Positions 17,003 to 25,518 of a DNA stretch of 32,000 bases are shown here, piece by piece; the stretch's first letter is position 1, and every line of letters begins with the position of its first letter. The translations under genes and the position numbers were made by a program. The notes under the pieces are model-generated. The model saw nothing but the letters and a program-made list of their open reading frames with translations. It had not been told where the DNA came from and made no database searches. The DNA comes from Chitinispirillaceae bacterium (GTDB lineage: Bacteria > Fibrobacterota > Chitinivibrionia > Chitinivibrionales > Chitinispirillaceae), in the NCBI GenBank assembly GCA_050301235.1, contig JBNKZD010000210.1, positions 1 through 32,000 on the forward strand, in the 5' to 3' direction.

Positions 17003-17203
17003 ATGAAAACTTTCAAATTTGTTTTGACAATCACATTACCAGTATTTGTGGGGATAATTATTGTAGTAGTGATTTCAAGGAAAAACCCCAATTTAATGGC
17101 TGAATTTCGAAAGATGATGATGAAAATGTGTGAAAAAATGATAGCAAGTGGGAAATGTCCAATGGACTGCTGCAAAAAAATGATGGAAAAACATAGCAAA
17201 TAA
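17003..17203 (+). CDS. Small membrane-anchored Cys/Met-rich protein (66 aa) of unknown family
   Basis: The ATG at 17003 is preceded by GAGG. It has an N-terminal hydrophobic helix (FVLTITLPVFVGIIIVVVI). The tail is KMMMKMCEKMIASGKCPMDCCKKMMEKH, with 4 Cys including a vicinal CC and many Met. It sits between acr3 and arsM on the same strand. Confidence 0.55.
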   Translation: MKTFKFVLTITLPVFVGIIIVVVISRKNPNLMAEFRKMMMKMCEKMIASGKCPMDCCKKMMEKHSK

Positions 17204-17216
17204 AAGGAGTCAAAAG

Positions 17217-18017
17217 ATGCAGAAAATGGATGGAAACGAAATTCTTCAGGCGGTCAGAGAAAATTACGCGAAAGTAGCAGTAGCATCAGGGTCATCCGGA
17301 TGTGGTTGCAGTGGTTCTTCATGCTGTAGCCCGGTCAGTTCTGATGCAGCTAAAGAGATCAGTGCCAACCTGGGCTACTCACAGGAAGAACTAGCATCGG
17401 TGCCCGAAGGTGCCAATATGGGATTGGGCTGTGGGAACCCGCAACAGATCGCATCACTCAAAGCCGGTGAAACGATTCTTGACCTGGGATGCGGTGGTGG
17501 GTTTGACTGTTTTCTTGCAGCAAAAAAGGTTGGCAAAGACGGCAAGGTTATTGGTGTGGATATGACCCCTGAAATGGTAAGCAAAGCTCGAAAAAATGTC
17601 AGCGGTTCTGAGTTTGGCAACATTGACATAAGATTGGGCGAGATAGAAAACCTTCCCGTGGCTGACAACAGCATTGATGTCATCATGTCCAACTGTGTTA
17701 TCAACCTCTCCCCCAACAAGCTACGCGTGTTTACAGAAGCTTATCGTGTGTTGAAAACGGGTGGCCGCCTCGCAGTCAGCGATGTCATTGCATCATCACC
17801 AATCGAAGACAACATTAAAGCAGATCTGGTTTTACACGCAGCCTGCATTTCGGGAGCATCGACCAGTGATGAAGTAATTTCCATGTTGCAGAGTACCGGA
17901 TTCCACAACATTGAAGTTATCCCGAAAGAAAGTAGTAAAACGTTTATAAAGGATTGGGCGCCCGGAAGTGGCGCGGAGAATTTTGTAGTCTCGGCAGATA
18001 TTACGGCGGTTAAATAA
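17217..18017 (+). CDS. arsM: Arsenite S-adenosylmethionine methyltransferase
   Basis: 266 aa. Cys-rich N-terminus (GCGCSGSSCCSP) and GLGCGNP. SAM-binding motif LDLGCGGGFDCFLAAKKVG. Conserved Cys contexts MSNCVINL and HAACISGA. A good RBS (AAGGAG) is present. Confidence 0.85.
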   Translation: MQKMDGNEILQAVRENYAKVAVASGSSGCGCSGSSCCSPVSSDAAKEISANLGYSQEELASVPEGANMGLGCGNPQQIASLKAGETILDLGCGGGFDCFLAAKKVGKDGKVIGVDMTPEMVSKARKNVSGSEFGNIDIRLGEIENLPVADNSIDVIMSNCVINLSPNKLRVFTEAYRVLKTGGRLAVSDVIASSPIEDNIKADLVLHAACISGASTSDEVISMLQSTGFHNIEVIPKESSKTFIKDWAPGSGAENFVVSADITAVK

Positions 18018-18029
18018 TTAAGGGGCTGG

Positions 18030-18923
18030 TCATGGTTTACGTGCAGTAATCATGACCTCATAATACTCCATCCCCGTCAACCTTCTGGTAAACTGGTGTG
18101 GCAGCAATGGAGGATGCCCGAACCGCTTTGCGAAAACCCGGTAGGAAATATCGATCGTCCTGGAAAACAGCCGCCACAACTTCGGTGCTAATTTAAATCC
18201 ATTACGGGCAAGAAATGAAGCAGCCCAGGCAGTATAGGTTGAACGGGTGTAAATACAGGTATATCCCGCACCTTGAATCCAGCTGCACCATTCCGGCAGT
18301 GTATATACATGTTCATGCATGTCTTCAGGATCCATGCCGGGCATGTTCCAGTAATGACGATACGAATACGCTTCAGAAATTGCCGTTCCGCGGCACGGTT
18401 CAATCATGACCAGACGGCCACCACTTCGCAGCAACCGGAATATTTCCCGTATGACCAATTGAGGTTCGAGAGCGTGATGAATGCAGCTCTGGGCTACAAC
18501 AGCATCGAAAGCCCCATTCCTGAAAGGAGCTGTTTCGTATCCCCCCTGAACCGGTTTCACGGTACGTTCTTCGTTTCGCGCAGTGACAAGCGCAGCTTTC
18601 AATCCACATACAGGATCAGAATTATGGTCAAGCAGTACGGCTATTTCCACCCGTTCACTCATAATTATTGAGGGAAAACCACGTCCCGCTCCAATTTCCA
18701 GCATGGTACGGACTCCCTTCAACTGCTCCTGAAATAACTCGGAAATGAGCGACGCATTATACCTCCTGAATTCCTCATCAATTCCTGAATCAGACTGTGT
18801 TCCGGCTCTACCACGAACATACCTGTTGTATGCCTCGCGATCCATCCTCTTGATATAAGCGTCATCGTACACCGGACAGTCCGCGGTGCTGGTTATCGTT
18901 TGTTTTCGATGCATGTCCGACAT
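18030..18923 (-). CDS. Class I SAM-dependent methyltransferase
   Basis: 297 aa. Motif I LEIGAGRGFPS and post-I/II regions ...FDAVVAQSCIHHA...LLRSGGRLVMIEP. Convergent with arsM, with stops 12 nt apart. Confidence 0.7.
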   Translation of the reverse strand: MSDMHRKQTITSTADCPVYDDAYIKRMDREAYNRYVRGRAGTQSDSGIDEEFRRYNASLISELFQEQLKGVRTMLEIGAGRGFPSIIMSERVEIAVLLDHNSDPVCGLKAALVTARNEERTVKPVQGGYETAPFRNGAFDAVVAQSCIHHALEPQLVIREIFRLLRSGGRLVMIEPCRGTAISEAYSYRHYWNMPGMDPEDMHEHVYTLPEWCSWIQGAGYTCIYTRSTYTAWAASFLARNGFKLAPKLWRLFSRTIDISYRVFAKRFGHPPLLPHQFTRRLTGMEYYEVMITARKP

Positions 18924-19101
18924 AACCTGTTTTTGGGAATCCGGAACGAAGATCAGTGCGCAACGCTACCCCGCCGGAAATTTCTTTTAGCGACTGTTGT
19001 ACAATATTTCCTAAGATGTATTTGGCGTTAAAATCGAGACAGCCTGGTACAACATCGCCGTTCCACAGAATCGTCAATTTTTCCCAGGGAAACCTGCACA
19101 A
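18862..19101 (-). pseudogene. Orphan C-terminal fragment of a radical-SAM/SPASM-domain protein
   Basis: The translation CRFPWEKLTILWNGDVVPGCLDFNAKYILGNIVQQSLKEI matches the SPASM/twitch C-terminal pattern (C..P...I..dG.v.pC......lGNi...sl.eI). An in-frame stop lies a few codons upstream, and no radical-SAM core (CxxxCxxC) is encoded upstream. Confidence 0.55.
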
Positions 19102-19438
19102 CAGTTTAATTATAAATTAACAGCGTGCAGAAAAGTACTCAAATTATGAGAATCTACCGGCAGGGTAAAAGAATACGGATACCCTATTTTTCAGGAAAAA
19201 AAGGCCCTCATATATTTGCACTAAAGTGTGTTTTTTTCAATTCGGCTGGACAGCCCACCAGATAGTATAATCCAACATGGCGGAAAGTGTTTATAAATTC
19301 TTAAAATATTATCTTTTAAAAAATGAACTTTCATCACGAATGATTCCACTTAAAAAAAGTATTATTTCTGATTTAAATAATACGAAGCCAGTGATGGTGC
19401 TCTCTCAAATTTTGATGAAGATCTACTACTGAACCAAA

Positions 19439-20257
19439 TTGTATAATTTATTGAATAATCATCCGCCAGTCTGGACTCCAGATTCAATTCAAATTACAGG
19501 ACAGCCAGGCTCACTAATTTCTATCCAGCTCAATGATAAATGCAGTGACCCCGAGATGGATTCTATCCTGTTTACTCTATCTGCTGCACCACCAGCAGAC
19601 GATACTGTAAAAGGATCTGTATACTCATTCACTCCGTTGGAAAAGGATACCGGGACACACACTGTTCGGATAACTGCGACAGATGTAAAAGGTGCCTCCA
19701 GTACACTGATAATGCAATTAACCATCACCAAAACAGATCTCAAAAAACCTGTTATCACTCTTCTTTCACCATCTTCAGATACTGTATTAGCTGTCGACTC
19801 ACTTGTTATCACAGCAATCTGCAAAGACGAAAGTGGTATACGTTCTCTGATGGCATATCTGGATACCATATCTTTCGCAATTGTAAAGCCGCCGGTAGCA
19901 GACAGCCTCTGGACTGGTACCGTTAAACCGCTCTCAGCAGGAAAATTTACAACAGTTAAGCTTGTCGCAACAGATTCCTCCAAAGCTTTAAATAAAGATT
20001 CTGTAGTTATACATGTAAAGTATGACAGTGATACTGTAAAACCGGTGATAACAAAAGTTGCCTCGGCAAGTGACTGTGCCAGCACCAACTCATCGAGTTA
20101 TACAATAACAGTCAATTGCAAAGACCAGAGCGGTATAGCCTCCATGAAAGGTACATCAGGCAATAAAGCATTCACGGGACCACGCGGATCAGGAGACTCC
20201 TTAAGGATGCACATTCAGAAGAGAAACAGAATAAACTGCACATTTACAGGTGATTAG
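19439..20257 (+). CDS. Ig-like/cadherin-like repeat protein, apparently truncated at both ends (possible gene fragment)
   Basis: 272-aa ORF with only a TTG start and no signal peptide. It has repeated beta-sandwich-like modules punctuated by D..KPVIT (KKPVITLLSPSSD..., TVKPVITKVASASD...). The C-terminus is atypical and lacks a sorting domain. Confidence 0.45.
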   Translation: MYNLLNNHPPVWTPDSIQITGQPGSLISIQLNDKCSDPEMDSILFTLSAAPPADDTVKGSVYSFTPLEKDTGTHTVRITATDVKGASSTLIMQLTITKTDLKKPVITLLSPSSDTVLAVDSLVITAICKDESGIRSLMAYLDTISFAIVKPPVADSLWTGTVKPLSAGKFTTVKLVATDSSKALNKDSVVIHVKYDSDTVKPVITKVASASDCASTNSSSYTITVNCKDQSGIASMKGTSGNKAFTGPRGSGDSLRMHIQKRNRINCTFTGD

Positions 20258-20341
20258 CAGAACAAACTGGTTTTGGAATGAATATACAGACATTGGGAAA
20301 AGCATTTCCCATTGACGCATTTAAACCTGTCCCTGATCATG

Positions 20342-20809
20342 TTAAGGTTTTAGAGAACGGAATATGTGATTAGCAATTAACTGAGGTCGAAATGCCTGGG
20401 TTGCCTGGGTTGTTGCGTCAATATAATTTTCATTTGTATTATACATATTTCCATAAACTGAGTATATAAATACTTTTGATGAGGTGTCTGATTTGGTAGT
20501 TACGAATTTCCGTACACGAGGATCTATTTCGTTACCAGGTTTTATCGCGTTGAATATTATTGAAATATTGTACAAAGATGCTTTTTCCTTATCAATATCA
20601 TTGTAACCAGCTTCTTTTACCATGTATCCAATTTTTGTCAGAGAATCTTTGATTATTCTGGAAACTGATATTTCCAGCTCACTGGAATCTTTAAGAATGA
20701 GAATTTTTTTGGAGGTTGTTTTTGGTTTTTCAAAAGAGTTCTGCGCTAAGACAGGCGAGAACCCGATTGCAAGCAGATAGAAAACACTAAATCTTGTTTT
20801 TCTGTTCAT
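20342..20809 (-). CDS. Secreted hypothetical protein
   Basis: 155 aa. Signal peptide MNRKTRFSVFYLLAIGFSPVLAQ. I recognise no family. Confidence 0.6.
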   Translation of the reverse strand: MNRKTRFSVFYLLAIGFSPVLAQNSFEKPKTTSKKILILKDSSELEISVSRIIKDSLTKIGYMVKEAGYNDIDKEKASLYNISIIFNAIKPGNEIDPRVRKFVTTKSDTSSKVFIYSVYGNMYNTNENYIDATTQATQAFRPQLIANHIFRSLKP

Positions 20810-21060
20810 CTGGACCTCCTTCTAGTGTCCTTTTAATTATCATTAGTAACTCTTTCTTTCAATAACTTTATACGTGCGAATAAAATGCCAACTGATAACA
20901 ATCAGACAAGGGCCGTTTTTTACTGTTTTTTGGCGCAATCGGAAATAGCAGTGTCTAACAATACCAATTTCCATACAGGACAGTGTTGTATTGCTGAACA
21001 ATTTTTGCCGGATTTTTATTTATTGAACTGACCGTTTTTGCAGTTTTTTTTTAATTTATT

Positions 21061-21069
21061 TGATATAAT
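21061..21069 (+). promoter_or_regulatory. Extended -10 promoter candidate (TGaTATAAT)
   Basis: tgatataat at 21061-21069 in an AT-rich spacer, ~107 nt upstream of the GTG start at 21176. The -35 element is weak. Confidence 0.3.
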
Positions 21070-21175
21070 TGTACATGTCCAACGCAGACGTTATTTTAAA
21101 CGTATAAATATGTATAAGTATAGATATCAAATAATGTGCTCAAATTTAGTTTTCTACAAATTTCGGAGGTATAGA

Positions 21176-23086
21176 GTGAAATCAGCATTGGTAATTCCGT
21201 TAATCACGTTGATTCTTTTTACTTCAGTTTTTTCGCAGACCTGCACCGACTGTGAAGAACGAGCGGTTATTGTGTACGATCTCGATGTGAAAATTCCCGA
21301 ACCGGATTATAAGAATATCCCTGTGGATGAACAGATTACTGCATATACTGAATGGACAAATCTTTTTTACATTGCAGGAGGTATACGAAAGTATGTCTGG
21401 CAGGATCCCACCACCGACTGCCTGAAAAAACTTTGTTCCGCATTCTTTACTCAGCCCGACAGCATTAACACCACCATACGAACAGGTGTCGGGTATCCTA
21501 ACATTCCCCCGTCTTCAGGTTCACTTGCAATGGGTGATTACATTATTTATGGGGTTATATCAGGCAGCAGCGGCAGTTATTCGTTACAGTTAAATCTTGA
21601 AACCGCAATATCCCGCGAGCTCGTCAAAACGAACAGCGTGAGTTTCAGCACTGGGTTTGATCCGTTTAAAGTTGGCTCTGATGCCGTTTCTGCTTTTGGA
21701 CCGCTGTATACTACCATACTTAATTTTGAAAAAAATAAACGTGATGAGGGAGAACCCAATGCAATAAAAGCGAAGGTAGAAATTATTCCGGAAAAAACAA
21801 CACTGAAAAATCAGGAATCATGCAATGTGAAAATTAACGCAACAGATTGCGATGGACAAGCCTTGAAAAGCAGAACGATAACACTGGAAGCCGAGAACGG
21901 TTCATTCGACAAAGCAACAATCACAACCGATAACGAAGGGAACGCCAGCGCTAAATTTACTGCAGGCGATATTGATGGCGTTGCAAACCTCTATGCTTAT
22001 TTTAATTATCGCAGGCCAACCGGTAAAACATATATTAGTGAAGATGGCATCGCAAAGATTCAAATCAACAAAAGTTACTGGGGTATCAATTGTACCTACA
22101 CATTTATCGAAAATGTTGATTTTGGGCAGAACATTGGCGCGGCAAAAGTTGACAGAACAATCGAAAGGGCAACCCGTGGTCAGATTACAGGATTGTTAGA
22201 TATGAAATCTGATGTTAACGGAAATTATTCGACACAAAAAGCAGTCTCCATATCAATTACCGGTACAGGCTACGAACTCATGAATGAACGCTCAGTTTCT
22301 TCTTCAAGCAGTTCAGACGGAAGCAGCTACTCCAATACGGTTAAAACGTCACATTGCAACAGCGACAAAAAGAAAAGCGATCAACGGATCAATATTACAC
22401 TTGGAAAAACTTCACGACATTTTGCATTTACCACCAATTTTGAAGACATGACCGGTGGCGGTATGAGTAATACGCTCATGGTTATTTGTAGTAAAGACGG
22501 TTGTCATTCTGATAACTCTTCAGAGCCTATTGATTGTTCATCAACTCCTTACGGAGACGGTATGCACTCATATGACGCATCCGTTAATGATCAGGACACG
22601 ACATATCAGACCACCGACAATTCTGTACCAGGAATGACCGTAACCCACAAAATCCACCAGGTATCGACCCATGATGAAAACTCGTATACATTTAATTATG
22701 CAGATGACGGTACGATAGAGCAGGCGCAGGAGGGACTTTACAAACAGGTAACAACCTCAAAAGAATACATTACGATGAAAATTATCACTAATGCTGCCAT
22801 CGGCATAAAAGATCAGTCCACGCCTGAAAATCTTTCACACAGGAGCATAGTCACTACGTATTACCAGGCACCGGTACTGCATTATTCTCTGAGCAGGAAC
22901 GGTAAGGTAACATGTACCATATATAATGCAAAAGGAAGAAAGATACATACGCTTATCAATGGTTTTGAGCGTGCCGGAAACCATTCGGTAAAACTTACTG
23001 ACGCAGGAATGAGCACGGGTATGTATTACTATACATTTGAAGCAGAAGGGGTGGTAGTGACAAAAAAACTTATGATGCTACCGTAA
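21176..23086 (+). CDS. Large secreted protein with a Big_1-like Ig domain and a T9SS-type C-terminal sorting domain
   Basis: I prefer the GTG at 21176 (GGAGG RBS 5 nt upstream), which yields the signal peptide MKSALVIPLITLILFTSVFSQ. An invasin-like Ig segment follows (KAKVEIIPEKTTLKNQESCNVKINATDCDGQALKSRTITLEAENGSF...NEGNASAKFTAG). The C-terminal CTD is VLHYSLSRNGKVTCTIYNAKGRKIHTL...STGMYYYTFEAEG. Confidence 0.7.
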   Translation: MKSALVIPLITLILFTSVFSQTCTDCEERAVIVYDLDVKIPEPDYKNIPVDEQITAYTEWTNLFYIAGGIRKYVWQDPTTDCLKKLCSAFFTQPDSINTTIRTGVGYPNIPPSSGSLAMGDYIIYGVISGSSGSYSLQLNLETAISRELVKTNSVSFSTGFDPFKVGSDAVSAFGPLYTTILNFEKNKRDEGEPNAIKAKVEIIPEKTTLKNQESCNVKINATDCDGQALKSRTITLEAENGSFDKATITTDNEGNASAKFTAGDIDGVANLYAYFNYRRPTGKTYISEDGIAKIQINKSYWGINCTYTFIENVDFGQNIGAAKVDRTIERATRGQITGLLDMKSDVNGNYSTQKAVSISITGTGYELMNERSVSSSSSSDGSSYSNTVKTSHCNSDKKKSDQRINITLGKTSRHFAFTTNFEDMTGGGMSNTLMVICSKDGCHSDNSSEPIDCSSTPYGDGMHSYDASVNDQDTTYQTTDNSVPGMTVTHKIHQVSTHDENSYTFNYADDGTIEQAQEGLYKQVTTSKEYITMKIITNAAIGIKDQSTPENLSHRSIVTTYYQAPVLHYSLSRNGKVTCTIYNAKGRKIHTLINGFERAGNHSVKLTDAGMSTGMYYYTFEAEGVVVTKKLMMLP

Positions 23087-23226
23087 TCTAATAAATAATT
23101 CAAAAGGCAAACTTAACTTTAAAACGGGATATTCATTTTGGCAAGCAACTACCGTTGTGAACTTGTCGGTTTCTAAACAGGTTCATTCATTTCCATCTTG
23201 AGTAATTCGATAGTCGGTTTTTCGAA

Positions 23227-23565
23227 TCAAATGTGAAAAATACCCGTAACAATCATGCTTCCTGCAGAAATGAGAAGTGCAGTAACAATTGTCCACCCGA
23301 ATCCATCGATTCTGAAACCCTCGACCAGCTTGTCGGTCATCCAAAGGAAGAATGCGTTTATAACGAATTTAAAAAGTCCTAGCGTAAGAAAAATCAGTGG
23401 GAATGATAAAAAAACAAAAAGCCATCCCAGGAAAAAATTGATCAAACTATACACAATGGCCACGATAATCGCAGTGCCAAAATTTTTTACATGTACTGAT
23501 GGCAGCAGTTGGGCAATCAGGAAGATAATTACTGATAATGAAATAATGCTTAAAAGGATTGGCAT
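23227..23565 (-). CDS. Small 4-TM membrane protein, DUF360/YvlD (phage holin family 4-like)
   Basis: 112 aa with four hydrophobic helices. The pattern LLP.V.V..F.TAI..A...SLIN......L...S.P......G....VINA..L...D.L..GF..DGF matches my recollection of the YvlD family. Confidence 0.6.
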   Translation of the reverse strand: MPILLSIISLSVIIFLIAQLLPSVHVKNFGTAIIVAIVYSLINFFLGWLFVFLSFPLIFLTLGLFKFVINAFFLWMTDKLVEGFRIDGFGWTIVTALLISAGSMIVTGIFHI

Positions 23566-23941
23566 TTTTTCATGTCTCCTTATCAGAGGGTGGTGAAATA
23601 TGTCTGGAGTTAAGGGCTCTCAACATATTATTACAGTAAAATAATGTACCACAAACTATAGGTCAAGGTTTTAAAATAATTGTTCACTCCAGTACCTCAC
23701 GATTAGTGGTTTTTTTAACGATTTTCAAAAACATTCCATGAACATTCCTGGTATATGGAAGGCATTTTATTCTCGTGAAAAAAATATTGAAACTCTATTC
23801 TGAAAAGACAAATTATCTATTCTAATTACAATGTAGTTTTACACATAACGCTTTCAGGTACAACAATTGCTGATAAAAATAGTTAAAATATAAATACACC
23901 AGATAGACCAGTTTCGACTGAATCATCCACCGGGAAACACT

Positions 23942-24730
23942 ATGGAAATGCCACCAGTATCTTTGCAAAATCCTGCGAAGGATATATTCTGCTTTTCTTC
24001 CTATTTTCCAATAATTGGTTTTGGGCTACTCCCTGTTAATTCATTCCTGATAAAAACTGAACAATCGATTCTGATCGATACAGGCATGCTTCTGGTCAAA
24101 GAGGATTATATAAAACTTGTTAAAAGTGTCATCTCCCCACATGAGATCAAATGGATTTATATCACACACCTTGATCAGGATCATATTGGTAATTACCGTG
24201 AAATGCTTAGTATATGTCCAAACGCCACAGTTATCACCACCTTTGTTGGTATGGGGAAAATGGTTCTCATGCAGCTTCCTGTCGACAGGATCAGACTGTT
24301 AAATCCTTTACAGCATCTAAAAGTGGAGAATCACGATCTTGAAGTAATGCGTCCACCAACGTTCGATGCACCTGAAACAACCTGTATTTTTGACAATAGT
24401 ACAAAGGTATTATTCAGTACCGATTCATTTGGTGCTATTTTACAATCCCCGGTTGAAAATGCAGATTGCATCAAACCTGAACAATTAAAAGATGCCCTTA
24501 TCACCTGGATTACAATCGATACTCCATGGATACACAAAACAGATTCTACCAGGCTGATGGATTCCATGAAGTCCATTCAGAATAAATCACCTGAATATAT
24601 ATTGAGCAGCCATCTTCCTCCTGCAAAAGGAACAATGTTGAATATGTTTATCGAGCAGGTTTTGACAGCCAGAACAATGAAACCTTTCGAGGGACCAGAC
24701 CAGGCTACATTCGAAACAATGGTACCCTGA
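23942..24730 (+). CDS. Metallo-beta-lactamase-fold protein with an H-x-D-x-D-H motif (di-iron/ODP- or flavodiiron-core-like)
   Basis: 262 aa. ILIDTG..., then YITHLDQDHIGN in place of the canonical HxHxDH. Later FSTDSFG and SSH. Confidence 0.6.
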   Translation: MEMPPVSLQNPAKDIFCFSSYFPIIGFGLLPVNSFLIKTEQSILIDTGMLLVKEDYIKLVKSVISPHEIKWIYITHLDQDHIGNYREMLSICPNATVITTFVGMGKMVLMQLPVDRIRLLNPLQHLKVENHDLEVMRPPTFDAPETTCIFDNSTKVLFSTDSFGAILQSPVENADCIKPEQLKDALITWITIDTPWIHKTDSTRLMDSMKSIQNKSPEYILSSHLPPAKGTMLNMFIEQVLTARTMKPFEGPDQATFETMVP

Positions 24731-24816
24731 GATGTAAAGGCGCTTAATACGAAGAGTAAGGAGTTCGGAACAAGTGTTAAAAGAGAGAAAAACAGCTTCT
24801 GTAAATACCAGAGCTG

Positions 24817-25506
24817 TTACAAAATAGTAATCCCGAAATTGTGCTTCAAAACAAGGTAAACCCCGATAAGTACCATGACGATAGCGGTGATTCTCCGCAC
24901 CCATAGTTCTACTGTAGTTAATTTTTTAAATGCAGTTCCCAGAAGATTAGTTGAAAACGCAATAATAAATGCGAACACGATAACCGGTACTGCTGTACCA
25001 ATTCCGTAAATTACCGACATTAATGCAGCATTACTTTTTACTGCAAGTGGAATTAAAGCACCAAAAAACAATCCTGCTGAAACGGGGCAAAATGCAAGCG
25101 CAAACACTATTCCCAGCAGACCTGCACCCCATATTCCTATTTTGTCAACTCTCGCCTGAAGTTTTCCACCCGCACCCGTACCTAAACTGAAATTGAACAT
25201 TCCAAGTAGTAATACACCAACTACTATCAAAAGTGGACCTGTCGCCAGACTCATATATTTCTGGAGAAACATTGAAACACCCGGAATCATCTGAAGACTG
25301 CGTGTTACCAGTATCGCTACTGCAACATAAGCCAATGACCTTCCCAATATGTAAAGTAATCCGGCTAAAAGCACTAACCTGGTCTTTTCAACTTTTTTTC
25401 CCACATACGAGACAGCAGCAATATTTGTTGCTAATGGACAGGGACTTATTGATGTCAATATCCCAAACCAGAATGCCGCTCCGATATCAATTAGTAGTGA
25501 TTCCAT
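24817..25506 (-). CDS. DsbD/CcdA-like (DsbD_2) transmembrane protein; the family is, to my recollection, annotated as an ArsG-type aromatic arsenical efflux permease
   Basis: 229 aa with ~6 TM. N-terminal motif GILTSISPCPLATNIAAVSY. It is the last gene of a tightly packed minus-strand cluster. Confidence 0.65.
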   Translation of the reverse strand: MESLLIDIGAAFWFGILTSISPCPLATNIAAVSYVGKKVEKTRLVLLAGLLYILGRSLAYVAVAILVTRSLQMIPGVSMFLQKYMSLATGPLLIVVGVLLLGMFNFSLGTGAGGKLQARVDKIGIWGAGLLGIVFALAFCPVSAGLFFGALIPLAVKSNAALMSVIYGIGTAVPVIVFAFIIAFSTNLLGTAFKKLTTVELWVRRITAIVMVLIGVYLVLKHNFGITIL

Positions 25507-25518
25507 TAGTGTATGTCC

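Noticed and set aside
19277-19432. 51-aa ORF (MAESVYKFLKYYLLKNELSS...) in the AT-rich gap upstream of the Ig-like fragment
   Set aside because: It has no RBS, its Lys/Ile/Leu-rich sequence is what AT-rich non-coding DNA would produce by chance, and I recognise no motif.
19489-20088. 199-aa ORF antisense to the Ig-like repeat ORF. Similar antisense ORFs occur at 17375..17719, 16299..16664, 11498..11872, 5586..5921, 5940..6203, 26558..26809 and 26843..27118.
   Set aside because: They lie entirely inside better-supported genes on the opposite strand. Their composition is low-complexity or odd, and they show no recognisable motifs or start-site signals.
20294-20309. Hairpin gggaaa-agca-tttccc between convergent genes as an intrinsic terminator
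   Set aside because: The stem is only 6 bp and there is no following T-tract on either strand, which is too weak to call.
23227-23565. A 'phage holin family 4' protein as evidence of a prophage
   Set aside because: The DUF360/YvlD family is widespread as a chromosomal membrane protein. No phage structural, integrase or lysis genes are nearby.
24587-24904. 105-aa minus-strand ORF bridging the MBL gene's 3' end and the DsbD_2 gene's 3' end
   Set aside because: It overlaps two well-supported convergent genes and has no motif support.
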